From assembly GCA_044892525.1 (NCBI GenBank), contig CM097885.1, forward strand, positions 50,966,001 through 51,030,000: DNA of 64,000 nt, written 5' to 3'. Position numbers and translations under genes: made by a program. The notes beneath the pieces were generated by a model that saw only the letters and a program-made list of their open reading frames with translations, was not told the origin of the DNA and searched no databases. The stretch comes from Schmidtea polychroa. Its lineage: Eukaryota. Shown here piece by piece: positions 1 to 13,922 of this stretch (its first letter is position 1; the number at the start of each line of letters is the position of its first letter).

Positions 1-34
1 AGGCTAGTGCGAGGAACCGGCATGAACGTGTTAA
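1..34. mobile_element. Possible right end of a piggyBac-type element (…GAACGTG+TTAA)
   Basis: Ends in aacgtg-TTAA, like the right end of the TTAA-flanked element at 27790-28188; the other end lies outside the window. Confidence 0.3.
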
Positions 35-1959
35 TAACAATCTGTTTCTATGTGTCTTTATTCAAAACAAGAAGATCCAGCACAATTAAGCTTCATTTTC
101 CAAATATTAGCTTTTTACAATTCAAATTCACATTTTAAATTTAACAACCAACAAAATAGTTTAAAGATTTCTTTCACTTAAAAAACAAACATTTTACAAA
201 TTGCAATGCTCGTGGGCCCCTTAGTTTTTTTAAAAATTTACATATATTTTTATATTAATTTTTTTATTAATATTAACAATATAAATAATATTTTATTATA
301 TTGCAAAACATAAAAAGATTGGGGAAAAATACATGTTTGTACTAAAATTATCAAACAAACAATCAGTCAATCATTCATTACATGCAATATTTAAGGTTCT
401 TAAAACATGGGATTTATCGCTCCTAACTAGTATCCCTTGCTTGGAACTTTGGCATTTCCTGAAATCTCCGAATATTCGTCATAGTTGTTTGACTAGTTGC
501 CATATACTACAGCAAAATGATCTCCCCCACTGATTGTTCTGCCTATTAGAATAGTATAGTATCGGATAAAACTGTATAGATATAGTATCGATTGTTATTT
601 CCATTGAATATATTAGAATTTCTTTCAAATCTCCTTTCAAAGTAATTCTGCTTATGAAAACACCTAAAACTTCAATGACTTTGAATACCATAGCACAAAA
701 ATCGAATATTTATGCATTCACAAAGCATATAGCCAATGTTTTATTAATATTTAAATGTTATTATTATCAATATATATTTTGGAATCTGGTTCAAACTTTT
801 TTCTGTATTTAATTTATTAACTGAACTTACTTTTTCCTTCGTAAAGGTGGATGATCACGTGGTTTTTAAAATTCGTTTTTCCTATCAATCTGACTTTTAT
901 TTCAAAAGTATCCATTTTTTATCGCCCATCTTTTAAAACTGAAGCATAAGAGCTATTTCCAACAGGTACTATTTGTATCTTTGAATCATCTCTATCCATT
1001 TATTGAAATATATATTTTTATATATTTATTTGTCATTGGACCTTTCTCTTCTGATTCGTCGTCATATTTCGATTATTCCTTCGTTAACTTTCCTTGGGTA
1101 ATTTCATAACTTTTATTTCATGCTTTCTTCTTCATTATCAAGCCAATGGTTAAAAACATTATGTTAATTTTGACATCGTTAATTTGTACATAAAATTCAT
1201 CTAGAAACTTTTCTCTTTTCCGGTAATTAAGTAGGTTCCTTGACTATATCTTGATTTTCTACAAAATCCAATCGTAACCTCTTCATTTAGCTTTCTTCAT
1301 TAGTAATTTTGTCATATTTGTTACGGCAATTTTCATCAAAATACGCAAGAACAATTAAATTTCATTGAATGTTGTCCAATTGAACTATTGAGAAATACAA
1401 TTAAATCTTCTCCATAAAGTTTCCATGTTAATAAGATTAAGAAACAATACATAAAAAGATCTAATCATGAAAAATAAACATGATATATTTTATTATATTA
1501 ACCCAGACAATCAAGATAATCACTAAAACATGCAGGTATGCACATTAATTATAAGGGTTAACATATAACGGGAGAGGAAATCAAATATCCGAAAAACATT
1601 ACATCACATAAAGCTGTAAACTTCTAATTTACAAATATCAAAAGAGATTTTATAATTTATCGAAAGTTTTCTAATTTTACCAATAAATAATTTGAAGTGT
1701 AAAACATTTTTAATTTCTAGATTCGTAATCAACACTATCGAAATACTCACGAACAGTAAAAATGTTCATGCAACAGTGAAAAAGTTGAAAATTGTCATGT
1801 AGTGTTGCCGGTTATGTTACCAATAAATCGGTATCGGTAACATAGTTTTTGAAGAATATCAAAACGAAATTAGGTTTTTATTTAAAAGAAAAACAATGCA
1901 ATATATGTCTAAAGATTTTTAAAAATATTTTTATTTTTAATATAAATTTATTATATATT

Positions 1960-2108
1960 TATTATATATTTATTATAAATTTATTATATTTTATTATATA
2001 TTTATTATATTTTATTATATATTTATTATATTTTATTATAAATTTATTATATTTTATTATATATTTATTATATTTTATTATATATTTATTATATTTTATT
2101 ATATATAT
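1960..2108. repeat. AT-only minisatellite (~21-bp unit, atttattatattttattatat-like)
   Basis: Tandem near-identical units; explains the spurious ORF 1849-2121. Confidence 0.85.
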
Positions 2109-2109
2109 T

Positions 2110-2462
2110 AGAAGCTGCTAACACAGCTTCTAAATTATTTTTTAAATCCTGTTCAAAAGTTAACGTCATAATTACAAGTTATTTAATGAAATATTGTATA
2201 ATTTCCAAACAAATTTTCAGCGTTGAACAAAATATTTCAAAAACCATTTATCAAAATTTCCATATGTAAATTATATTTATTGAAAAATGATTTACTAATT
2301 AAAGCTTGTTTAATTTTTTAATTAAAAAATTAAAAAATTTAAATTTACAAAATTCAATTTAAAAATGTTTTTTAACAGTAATTTTAAATAGTCAATTATT
2401 TATCATTTAAAATTATTTTAATAAATCATTGAAATATTCAATTCTCAGCTGAAAACACCTCA
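2110..2462 (+). repeat. Dispersed repeat, inverted copy at ~46825-47510
   Basis: gaagctgctaacacagcttctaaattatttttt…ctcagctgaaaacacctca matches the reverse complement of 46825-47510; that copy carries an extra ~325-bp insert. Confidence 0.8.
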
Positions 2463-3338
2463 TAATATATTTATTATATTTTGTTATATATTAAAATATG
2501 TAAAAATCTATTGAAAAATAATTATTCCCTAATTTCCAATACTACAAACGAAACAAAAGTCTTTGCCTAAAAAATAATGATAATTAAAATCTCTTTCAAA
2601 GATCCGCCTGTCTAATAGTGGACAATTTGACATATTAGACATTTCTTCCATTATTTCAATAAATGGCACTTTTATAAATGCCATTTGTAAATTTTTTCAG
2701 CACACGCTGTAGACTTATAAGTTAAAATCAATTACACAAACAATATCTAATATTTTCAATTAGAATTACATTTTCTTGTTTGACTGCACAGATCAGTTTC
2801 TGTGAAAATTCATAATTTACATATCGGTTTTTGAAAATATTAATTAATAGAAAATAATTCAAATTTTCATTTTTAAAATTAATTTAAATAATAAGTTTGA
2901 GTTATAAAATGGGTTCAAAAATAATTGGGAGCTGTAAAAATGCAATAAATTTATTATCTATTAATCACTTAAATGTTTTCAAAGGTAATAAGTAAATAAA
3001 ATGTGAAAACAAAGTTCTAAAATCACACAATCATACAAAATGATTTTTAAAGGAAATCCTGAATTATGGAAATTTATTTATTTATTGACGGTATATTAGA
3101 TCCGACAGGAAAATATTAACTATGCAAATAAATATGAAGAATAAATGGAAACGGAAAATGAAAAAAACACAAACCTCCTGATCAATAGAACAAGTAACAA
3201 GGAGTACACCCCATGGGATATTTGACATGAAATTGTTTTCATGGATATGTAATTTAACCCGAATTAATTTTAATTACGCAATTACGTAATCTTTAATTAA
3301 AGTTTATTAGACTATGGTCAGGGGATTTTTATATTTTT

Positions 3339-3371
<33 letters not shown>

Positions 3372-3409
3372 CGAGGGTAGCGTCACCGGGGGGAAGCGGC
3401 AGACAAAAG

Positions 3410-3650
3410 TAAGGAATCGGGCAGGAATCGGGTATGGAATAAATTGACGGCACAATATATTTAGGTTAAATAGTCACTTGACTAAACTTGAATAATTTTC
3501 TATTTACTGCTGGCAGGAATCGGTTAAGGAATAAATTGACGGCACAATATATTTAAGTTGAATAGTCAATTGACTAAACTTGAATAATTTTCTATTTACT
3601 TCTGACAAGGATCGGGAAAGAATAGGTTGACGAAACAATATAGTTAACTC
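3410..3650 (+). repeat. ~92-bp tandem repeat (about 2.5 copies), probably internal to a non-autonomous DNA transposon
   Basis: aggaatcgg…aattgacggcacaatatattt…gactaaacttgaataattttctatttact at 3423, 3515 and (partial) 3608. Confidence 0.75.
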
Positions 3651-4509
3651 GAATTTTCTTTTTAAAAAATTTTCTTCGATTTTTTTTTGATTTTTCAATT
3701 TCTGTATAGCGATAATATACCATAGTAAATAATCGCTATATAGTTTCCTTATTTAATTTTAGAACGCGATTTAGAAATGGACAGACGTCCCCTACCCTTG
3801 CTTAGAAATAAAATAGAATAAGACTGTACATTACAGTAATGTTTTATTATTTTTATTATTTTACACAGGAAGCATTTTTATCAACAATTTATAGTGAGAA
3901 CTCATTATATTGCAATTTTATGATACCTAATAAAGTTAGTTTCAGATTTTATGTTCTATTCTCGACCTTTCGAACAATGACTGTATTGAAATAAATATCG
4001 CAATTGTTATTATCTATATTTTTTAAATTCAGTAACAAAAAATACTGTTAAAGTTATACTGTTAAAACTAGTAAATTATGCTGAAATCGTAAAAGTTAAT
4101 ACATTTTAAAGGATTGAAAATTGGAAAAACAAATGTTCTTCAGATTATTTTAAATTATTTTGATTTGCTATTTTCGGTCAGCAAAATTACTTGTGAAGAG
4201 CCTATAAAGAAAGAAATAAACTAAAGAGACAAGCCAAACATAAATTTTCAACAGATTAATTTAAGAATAATTGTCCCTAGGAAAATTTACACAATTATAA
4301 AATTCTTAAAGTAAATATCGTGAAGAACTTGATCTTTGTATGATTTATTTCATCAGATATTAGTTGAATATATACTATAAGAATTTTTTTCAAATTTCAC
4401 CACTGATTTCTTTTCAATTGACATTGAATTTATTTAAAACCTGACTATGAATCAGTAAATATATCGATGATTTTATACCTTTTCTGATTCAAGTTTTTTT
4501 TAATAAATG

Positions 4510-4571
<62 letters not shown>

Positions 4572-4868
4572 CCAATTTTTGTGTGTTATGTCTACAATTT
4601 CTTTACCAGTACTAAAAACGTTGAATGTTACGATTATTTTTCGTTTTATTATGATATATTTATAATTAAACTGAGAAATATTTTATCAATAGATAAAATT
4701 GCCAAAATATTTTTTCTGTTATTAATAAATAAATTTTTATAATAAAATGAAAATTAATCTCTTTTTTTTTAAATTTAGAGTACATTTCCCGAAGCAAAAA
4801 CAATTCTTTTGAAAATAAAATAATGTAACTAGGAAATTAATAACAAATATTTTGTTAGATGTGATAAT

Positions 4869-4986
<118 letters not shown>

Positions 4987-5547
4987 TTAATAATAAAATG
5001 ACAATTTAGTTTAATATATTTTAATATCCTCTAAAATATTTTCTGTTCATTTAAAGTATATTATTTAAAATATTTTATAATTTATCATTTAAAGATAATT
5101 TAAATATCGGGATATTTGATTTTTTTGTGACTTATAATATTTTAAAATTTTGAATTTTTATATTGTAATTTAAAGGAGTTGGTTGTGACGACTGCCAGCC
5201 ATGGAAACAAATTTTGATTAATAAACAATCAAATATCATATAAAAACATATGAAATTCAGAAATACTATTTCGTATAACAAAAACCCGTATTTGAAAATT
5301 TTAAACGTAATTAAATTTTTTAGATTAGATTTTGTTTATCTTAAATCAAAGATATGAATGAATATAATTTCATTTTATTTAAATATTTATATATTTTTTA
5401 GTTTGTATTTTAAAAATACATAATAATATATTCAAAATATTTGAGGTTCATTTTGATAAACATTGTTCTGAGGAGGCAATATGTAGAAAATGTGAAGTTA
5501 ATATTATAAGTAAAGAATCATCTATAACTCCACTCATTGATGAATCT

Positions 5548-6418
5548 TGTGACACAAACAAAATAGTAGAAGATTAACGATTTGTATTCGGTATACAGTT
5601 TACAGATATATGTTGCCTAAAAGCATGACGATGAAAAAAAGCATGACTGTTGGGGATAGCGCAAAAACCAAAAAAATTATATATAAAATGATAGCATAAA
5701 TAAAATGGGTAAAAGCATTAAAAGTGCAAAATTAATTAAAAATTACTAAATATCAAAAAACAATATTGAAAGGGGTATCGAGTATGGTTGAACGCGAAAT
5801 TGATAGACAAGTTCAAAAATTATAATAGAAATTTAATAATGTGTTCACAAGAAAAGTTAATGCGAAAAAACAATTTAATTAAAATTAATTAATTGATAAT
5901 AGAAAACTCGAGCGCTGTAGAAACCCGATGCACAGTGAGACCCGAGCAACAAGATTAAATAGGGAATATTTTGAGCCCTAATCAAGGGTAAACAAATTAA
6001 AGTAATCAAAAAGCCCTCAAATATTGATTTTGGGTCCCGGGGAAATAATTTAGAGCAATTTTCTAGATAATTGGCCTCTCATGAACAGTATAAAGAGAGA
6101 GCTCAGAAGTGAACAAGCCGCCATTTTGTCGAAGAGAGAAAAGGGAAGCAAAGAAGCAAAATCCGGCGATCAATAATTTGAAGGAGAAACATAGAAATTC
6201 AAACAAAGTAGGATTTGAACCAGAAAAGATGATTACCCCTTGGGTTTTTCTACCTTATCGAGTGAAAAGTATCTAGAGAGAAAGGTGCAAATAGTGGCAA
6301 ATTGTAATTGTGATAAAGATTTAATAAAAAGTATTCTGTGTTGGGTTTGAGTTACTTGGCTGAATAAGAACACGAGGAGTCAGAGAGAGAGAGCCGACTT
6401 TTAGATTAAAACCCATCA
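5548..6418 (+). mobile_element. Probable solo LTR, same family as the LTR at 18998-19790
   Basis: 5700-6420 is homologous to the reverse complement of 19000-19760 (e.g. gtatggttgaacgcg; ttgtaattgtgataaagatt; ccagaaaagatgattacccct); ends …acccatCA; left boundary approximate. Confidence 0.55.
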
Positions 6419-6559
6419 ATACTGTTATGCAGAGGTATGGACAAAATATAGCCACAATCAGTCAATTGTGCTATAATCAAGTCATTCATTAAGCCGTTAT
6501 TCGTGTTTTTTTATTAAAATACAAAAAAATAATTACGAATATTTAGAGAAGGACGAAAA

Positions 6560-7410
6560 CGATTATAATGATGGTTAGGATATTTAACACGAAAATATGA
6601 GCTCTAAATTCAATAATATAGTTGTTAAAAATGTGATTCCGAGGCCTGACACAAATCTTGTTGTATCTGAATCACAGAAGCTTATGAAATATGTCAAATG
6701 TTCTTCAAAAACATGGTATAGAACAATAAAAAATGAGTTACATTTTCTGTTAAAAATCATAAGGACTTCATTAGTCGTTGTGATTGAGCGACTTCTAAAG
6801 TTAAGAAAATTCATTAAACATTCTTTGATTGATATATTATGAACGAAAGAAAAATATCACAACGAAAATAACGAACAAGCAAATCTTTTATCTAGCAAGG
6901 GTATTTTTAAATTTATCTTTAAAAAATTAAAAGACATTGATTCATATTTAAGTAATGAAATGTTAATCGCACTAAAAACAGAAATTTTAAAAGGAAGGTA
7001 TAAGTAAGTAGTTTCTCTGATGAAATTTCTACAAAACATCAATCTCCCCAGATAATAATTTTGATAGTATTCCCAATGCGAATGACATAATGATTCAATT
7101 GTATTTAGTAAATAATTACAATGGTTATGGAATTGAAGAAATCTGTAATTTCTATTTCGAGTGAAACTCCAACAAAATTTCGAAATAATTTTGACTCTTT
7201 ACAAAAACAATTTAAACTTACTGAAACCAATAGAAAACTAATTCCCAACTTATGAAAGCTTTTGAATACCTTTTGTAAAATTCAACCTAGCTCTACCAAC
7301 AGTGAGATAATTATCTCGATGACTGGTACATTTTCAACAAAATTAAGAAGTCAACTTCAATTTCCACTGATGAACGCTTTAGTATTCTTAAAATACGCTG
7401 GATAGCCCCC
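6560..7410 (+). pseudogene. Highly degenerate hAT-like transposase remnant
   Basis: Fragmented frames give KTWY (TRW-like motif) and C-terminal LIPNL…SSTNSE…LRSQL, resembling a hAT dimerisation region; many stops. Confidence 0.35.
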
Positions 7411-7830
7411 ATACAAAAGTAACCATTATTAAACGTAAGTATTATATATTAATTTTAGACAAAAATTTAAATAGTTATATTATAGAAAATTAAAAATTTA
7501 GGTTTTCAGCCAAAAATGTATATGAAAACTACAATTAACAAAAAAATGTACGTAATACAAAAAATGTGTAATTATGCGATAAAATAATACAAACAATATT
7601 TTTTTTTAAAAACAATTAAAAATATATACAATTTAAATTTCGATATTACGTGACACCCTTCTTAAATATTCTTTTTTACTTATATTATCACTATCATATA
7701 AATTACAATAATAAAATTAAATGATTTATTTTAATTAAATCAAAATAATATTTATATGAACACGTAAAGGCATTAAAACTCGTAGCCTTTCATTTAACTT
7801 AACGTATTTACACTTTGAAGCACTTGGTTG

Positions 7831-7884
<54 letters not shown>

Positions 7885-8786
7885 ATTCCACGACAGCAAC
7901 TTTCTCTGATTTAGTCAATTTGTTCTAAATGACATATGTTTATATTACTTTTCAAACAAATAAATTAAAATTGAAGTAATCAGCATTCCTAAAACTTGTA
8001 TAAAACATTTTTTTAAAATTTTTTTTGGTTTCCGTCGCTTATGTCACCGGCGGTAAAGTCGGGGCACCTAAAAAACTATTGTAATAATGACTATAATAAA
8101 TAATATTATTATATATTAATATAATATTATTTATGTTCTTTTCTTTTAGTTAATACCGAATAAAATGAAGGTAACAAATGCAAATATTCTTATTTTTATT
8201 CTAAATTTCGGAATATTGCAAATATCCGAATAATGACCCGATATTTAATGTTAAACCTATTCGATATCTGTAAACCAGGAAGTCCGAGAAATTGCTTTTT
8301 AAACTTAATTATATTTCTTAATTAATATTTTTTCTATTATACAATTCTATTATCTATAAAAAACAAATAATTAAAACAAAATGATTTTTTTTATGAAATT
8401 CATTTATGAATTTAATTCTATCCATAAAACAGCTCAACAGCAGATGAAATGTCATAATTTTCTGAATTTTCACTGATATCGCATTTAATTTGCAAAAAAA
8501 AATTTTATTTAAATGAATTTTCCTTTTAGTTGAAAATAAACTCATGTAATTTGATAAATATTCTTATAAAATAATATAAAAATAAAAAATGTCTGCTTAT
8601 TAATCAATTTTCTACGTTAAAATATCGATTGAATATTAATAAATTAAAGTCACAATTTGTAGAAAATATTAAAGTTTTTTATAATATTTCAGTATTTAGA
8701 TTATTTTCTGTTTCAGATTGTTACTTTTCTTAATCAGCCCTAAAATCATTCCTGATGACCATTAAAGAATCGTTATTAAAAATGAC

Positions 8787-9149
8787 GGTACTTCCGTGTT
8801 ATCTTACCCCCAAAAATTAAATTAAAAAAGAACACATAAGTATTATATTTATTTTCTAAATCACAGTTACAAACTCAGCATATGTTTGTAAAGAGTTTGT
8901 AAATTGTCATCCAGGTGGCCAGAAAACCACAATGTCGTTGAGAATAGTGTCGAACACATCGGCACTATTGCTTAGAACACGTTTGCGCCACATAAACTCA
9001 CATAATCACATAAATCATAGATAGCCTTAAAATAAATTATGTTCAATAATGTTCAATAACGTCATCAATAATGTATTCTCTCATTTTTTATATTATTTTA
9101 ATTGTATTTTATAATTTAATTTTTGGGGGTTAGATAACACGGAAGTACC
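8787..9149 (-). mobile_element. Merlin (IS1016-like) internally deleted element
   Basis: TIR GGTACTTCCGTGTTATCT…CCCCCAAAAATTAAA at both ends; exact 8-bp TSD AAAATGAC (8779-8786, 9150-9157); minus strand encodes LCEFMWRKRV…DVFDTILNDIVVFWPPG*, typical of the Merlin transposase C-terminus. Confidence 0.85.
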
Positions 9150-10929
9150 AAAATGACAAAAATTCAATCAAAAAAGCAATGGAATAAAAATAATATGTAC
9201 TTGTTTTAAAACACTAATGCACACACACACTAACTTGCACACACAGATTAGATTATAAATATGGACATCTTTTCGTCAGAATTTAATGAAATTTTATGCC
9301 AATTTTTGCAAATGTTTGAATTGCATCTATATTAGAAGAAAACCATAGTTTGTAAATTTTTGCTTGTTATAATTTACCATTTAATTAAGAGTTTTCTGAT
9401 GGTAATGATTTTCTTTTATGGTCTTCTAGTTTAGTTGAATTAGATTTGAAACCATTTTCATAAACTATAAATTAACTCGCACAATTTTCGGGCGCACAGC
9501 CAATACATATTACATGTAAGTCAGTAAAATTAAACAACATAGTGGACCATCAAGATGTCGGACCAGTTTAACTTTCTTTTTCGCTGATGTAGACGAAGGT
9601 ATTGTAAAGAGTGGAACACATCAAATAAGTCGACTTCTAATGTTAAAAAAAATATGTGCAATTCTTTCAAAAAAAGGATTTCTTCGCACGTTGATATAAA
9701 ATACAATAATAAAATTAAATGATTTATTTTAATTCAATCAAAATAATATTTATATGAACACGTAATTGTTTATATAAAAATTCTTTTATATGATATTCCA
9801 ATGATTCGCAAACCTTTTTCGGAATACGACTCCAAAAAAACTACACGTAATCTAGAGGTCTAGCGGTCTCATCTATATAATAAAATACATATGAATAAAG
9901 TAATGAGATATTGGTAGTGAACATAAAGTAGTGAGATATCTACTGTTGAAATGGGTCACTACTTCCAGGATAATAATTATAGAAAAACTTGAAATCACGC
10001 CTTTAACAAGTGTACCCACGTGAATACAGTGGGTAGTAATGGGTTAAATAAAAAAAATTATTCGAACCCATCTAACAAAAACTTATTGAAAAAATCAAAA
10101 ATCAAAATATTTAACAAATGTAGTTATAGAAAATTTAAAGAATATATTTTATTAGACATTTCAAAATGATAAAACCAAATTTTTCCACCCCTCTGGAGTT
10201 TTTTGCAACGTACACTTTGAGCACCGCTGTGATATTCAACAAAACATAAAGTTTAATTAATTTTCGGTTATTCGTGAGCCAAATTGTTTGTTATGTGTTT
10301 GTATTTTATTTTTCTCAACTAAACTTTTTTTCAGCCTTTCCAGAATAAATGTCCATGTAGTTAAAGTAGCTTGTGTCCAACTGTAAGTATGTTAAACTAA
10401 TTGACAGTCTAAATATGTTTAATTACATACAGCTATATTTTTTGTGCGAGCATCAAAGACTGGAAATAAATTTCTACTTTCGGCAGATTGAATTTGAAAC
10501 TGGTGTATTTATCTCCCTGAAAGAAACGAATATATTGTCCATTGCATATTAATGTCCTGGATTAAGAAAATAGATCTTCAATTGATAATTTACTGTAAAA
10601 TGACATATAAATCTTTAAATACAATGAAACAATTTTGATATTAAAATAAATTGTGACCGTAATGAAAGAATATAGGTGAGTTATCAAGAGAAGTGTTTCA
10701 GCAAAGAACGCAGTCAGCTGTTTATGATGAACAAAAATACTGAATGTGTCCCCTCTATATAAGTTACTTTATGATTGAAACGGTAGTAAAAAATTTAGAA
10801 ATTCTATACAAGTGTGACATTCTTCTTGACACTTGACTGAATCAATTTTTTAATAATTTGGCAAAACTAGACAGTTTTATATTGTTACATCATCAACAAA
10901 TTCAAATATTCGCACTTAGACATGGCGAG

Positions 10930-11280
10930 CAACGTTCCCTCTAAGCTGCGCGCGTGCGCGCGCGCAGCACCTCCAACACCCCAGCGCAGCAAAATTATTT
11001 TCAGCGCAGTATACTTTATTTTATTTTCACCTTCCAATTAACATATTTATTATAAAACATTACGAATTTTTGATACTCAATATTATTATGTGGTTCATTT
11101 TGAATATTTAAAAATTTTCAATGTTAATAACCAGATACATAATAACGGTATATTTCAGTAGTGTCGTTTTAAAACTCTTACAACCACGTTATAGCATTTT
11201 GACGCTCATTTGTATTTAAAGGCTGCTCAGCGCAGCTGACTTTGCGCGCACTTCTACTTATGGCTTAGAGGGAACATTTG
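10930..11280. mobile_element. hAT-type MITE
   Basis: TIRs caacgttccctctaagc / gcttagagggaacatttg and subterminal gcgcag motifs; no clean TSD. Confidence 0.65.
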
Positions 11281-12039
11281 GAACTGTGAATATCATTGCA
11301 TAATTCATCATATACATTTATAAAATTTTGTAATAATTTCAATTTTTCATGAACAAATCGAGAAAGAAATTCCAAATTTACCGAATAAATTAATTGTCAA
11401 TTTAAATTATTTGACTGAGAGTTCCGGAGACAAATATGTAAATGTATATGTCGGAATTAACGCTTGTCAATTGCAATTACGAGTTGGCACATGCTTGGCA
11501 ATTTATTTTTGCGTTGTTTTAATTTTAATGTACACATAATTCTACTGAAATTTCTATTTAATTAATATATTAAATTAAATAATTATAATTAATTTAAAAC
11601 TCCAATCTAAATAAACTGAATAAGGTAAAATCATTGTCATAAAATTAACATTTTAGAAATTTATTTTATTTCTTAATTTACACAAATTTTACAAACATCC
11701 TATAATTAATAATACCCTATTACTGAAAGTCTGTAAAAGTTTCCGTTACAATCTTTCTCTAATAGTCTTCAATTCTAAATTTATTAAAAAATTGATAATT
11801 TGAACAAATTAATATTATGAATTTATTGAAGTAAAATAATATGAAAAAGAAAATGAAAAAAATTAAGAAAATTCATTTTAAAAATTGAAGCCCAACTTAA
11901 TTTAATTAGTTCAGTTTATTGTATTTGTAATTTATAATTAATTATAATTATTTAATTATTAATTTAATTCTGTTCGGTTTCATTTTAAAAATTAGGTTAT
12001 TATACGAATTGCCATAATTTATGTTTATTTCCAAATATT

Positions 12040-12648
12040 CAAACAGTCAAATACGAAGAAATCGAAAGAACTATAAAATCGTTCTTACAGCCAAAAACAA
12101 GACTAGTGATAGCAGAAAGAAATAAATTTTTCTCAGTAAAGCAGAAGGAATCAGAAGGAATCAGCGATTTCATTCTCAGACTAAGAAAGGGAGCCGAATT
12201 CTGTCAATTCTCAAAACTAAAGGAATCAACAGATCCGACAGAAGACATGATTACAATGTCACTAATTGCAGGATTACATGACAGTGAATCTAAAAAGCGT
12301 TTGTTGGAAAAGATAGGCCATTCGGAACCAAGCGTCGACGACAACAAAGAGTTCGTTCAAAACATGGAGCAATTGAAAAGCTTCATCAACAAGAACGTAA
12401 CCCCTGCAGAATCAGACAACAAGGAGCTACACTATATCAGAAGAGAGCAGAAATCAATAACAAAATGCAAGTTTTGTGGGTCAGACCACGCCCGAGGAAA
12501 ATGTCCAGCTTTCGGGAAAAAATGCCTAAACTGCTCAAAACCGAATCACTTCGCAATTGTATGCCTATCAGTGCAGAACAAACAAAATAAGCAAGTGAAT
12601 TCCGTTATAGAAAGCTCTACAGAATTTCATGTCACAAAGAATTGGTAA
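12040..12648 (+). pseudogene. gag: Gypsy Gag (5'-truncated) with two CCHC zinc knuckles
   Basis: Q-EGISDFILRLR motif; CKFCGSDH…C and CLNCSKPNHFAIVC; frame is open upstream to ~12040 without a start. Confidence 0.88.
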
Positions 12649-13334
12649 GCTGCTTAATAAACTCAAACAAAATTCAGATGCAAATCGATATGGGAGCAGA
12701 TGTCTCTATAATTTCGTCGAAACTTTGGAAAGACTTGGGTGAACCGAAGCTAAAACATCATAATATGAAACTCACAGCCTACGACGGTCACATTATGAAA
12801 TGCCTAGGTTACTTCACAGCAGAAGTAGAAACGGAAAAAAGAATTCATGCTATCAAGTTAACAGTTATTGAATCAGAGAAATCATATGGATTGTTGGGAC
12901 AAAATATTATTGAAGATACTATGACCATCAATTCAGCAACCGCAAAGAATAAATCGAGCAACTTCCTTCCAAGTATACGAGGTGTACAGGCAAAAATGGA
13001 ACTCTTAAAAGATGCTAATAATTTCTTTTGCCGAGCAAGACCAGTACCGTTAGCATTAGAGAGCAGAGTCAACGCTGAGCTCCTACGCCTAGAAGAAATG
13101 GGTATAATCTCCCCTTGTCGCGATCCAGTTGCCAATTGTTCACCAGTTGTATGGATCAAGAAAGACAATGGGGAATTGCGCATGTGCGTTGATTTCAAGG
13201 TCCACGTAAACCGTAAGATTAAAACTGAAACGTATCCTCTGCCAAATATTGAGACTATTTTTGCCCGTATGAAGAATGCAAAAAGATTCGCAAAGATAGA
13301 TCTGAAATCGGCATATTGGCAAATTGAACTAGAC
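12642..13334 (+). pseudogene. pol: Gypsy Pol part 1: aspartic protease plus RT N-terminus
   Basis: QIDMGADVSII (DTG changed to DMG), SPVVWIKKDNGELRMCVDF, YPLPNIE, KIDLKSAYWQIELD. Confidence 0.92.
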
Positions 13335-13915
13335 CAGTGCTTCTTAAACTTTTTTCATTCACGACCCCATTTATGACTGTAAACCTTTTTTGCGACCCCT
13401 TATAATTTAAAATAAAGATATATAAATTTTTTGTGAAGATTTATTAATTAGGTAATAATATATGCAAAAATTGACTTTTCAGAGTTTAATTATAAACACA
13501 AGGATATGAAATTACAAATTCCACAAAAGTTGCAAAATTATATTTAATATAATTTCAAAAGTTATATTTTTCATCAAAACTGCATTTTTTTCATAAATAC
13601 AATTACAAAAACATAAATAAATAAAAATGAAAGAAAATTTAGCAAACTATTAGTCGCTGGTGTATATTTGAATATCCAAATCCGTCTTATTTCATTCAAA
13701 AATATAAGTCCAGTGGTTAAGAATATAAAAAAAGGAAAAATTGTTTTTTAATGAGACGGGTGTGTTTGTTTTTTACTACATAATAATTTCAATCTTGGTG
13801 CAATTTTTGACACTGCTGGACGTAAAATCTCTTCAACATTCTTAAGCGATAAACGATATTGGGATTTAATATGTGTTAAGGCTGAAAAAAGAAGTTCACA
13901 TAAATAGGTGGTGTT
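13335..13915 (-). mobile_element. Buster/Charlie-type hAT 3'-end fragment (one TIR plus transposase C-terminus)
   Basis: CAGTGCTTCTTAAAC TIR at 13335; minus-strand TTYLCELLFSAL…KQTHPSH* (Buster/SPIN/Charlie C-terminal signature); ACTAGAC direct repeat at 13328-13334 and 13916-13922. Confidence 0.9.
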
Positions 13916-13922
13916 ACTAGAC

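Noticed and set aside
380..1500. Possible decayed coding sequence (also 31830-32160 and 53100-53650)
   Set aside because: Slightly higher complexity, but no motif I could assign with confidence
1849..2121. Hydrophobic ORFs at 1849-2121, 51980-52243, 55288-55560 and 61008-61310
   Set aside because: Translations of AT-rich micro/minisatellites
7366..7400. CTGATGA as another hammerhead (also 7017 and 8753)
   Set aside because: No stem II followed by GAAA and a cleavage triplet
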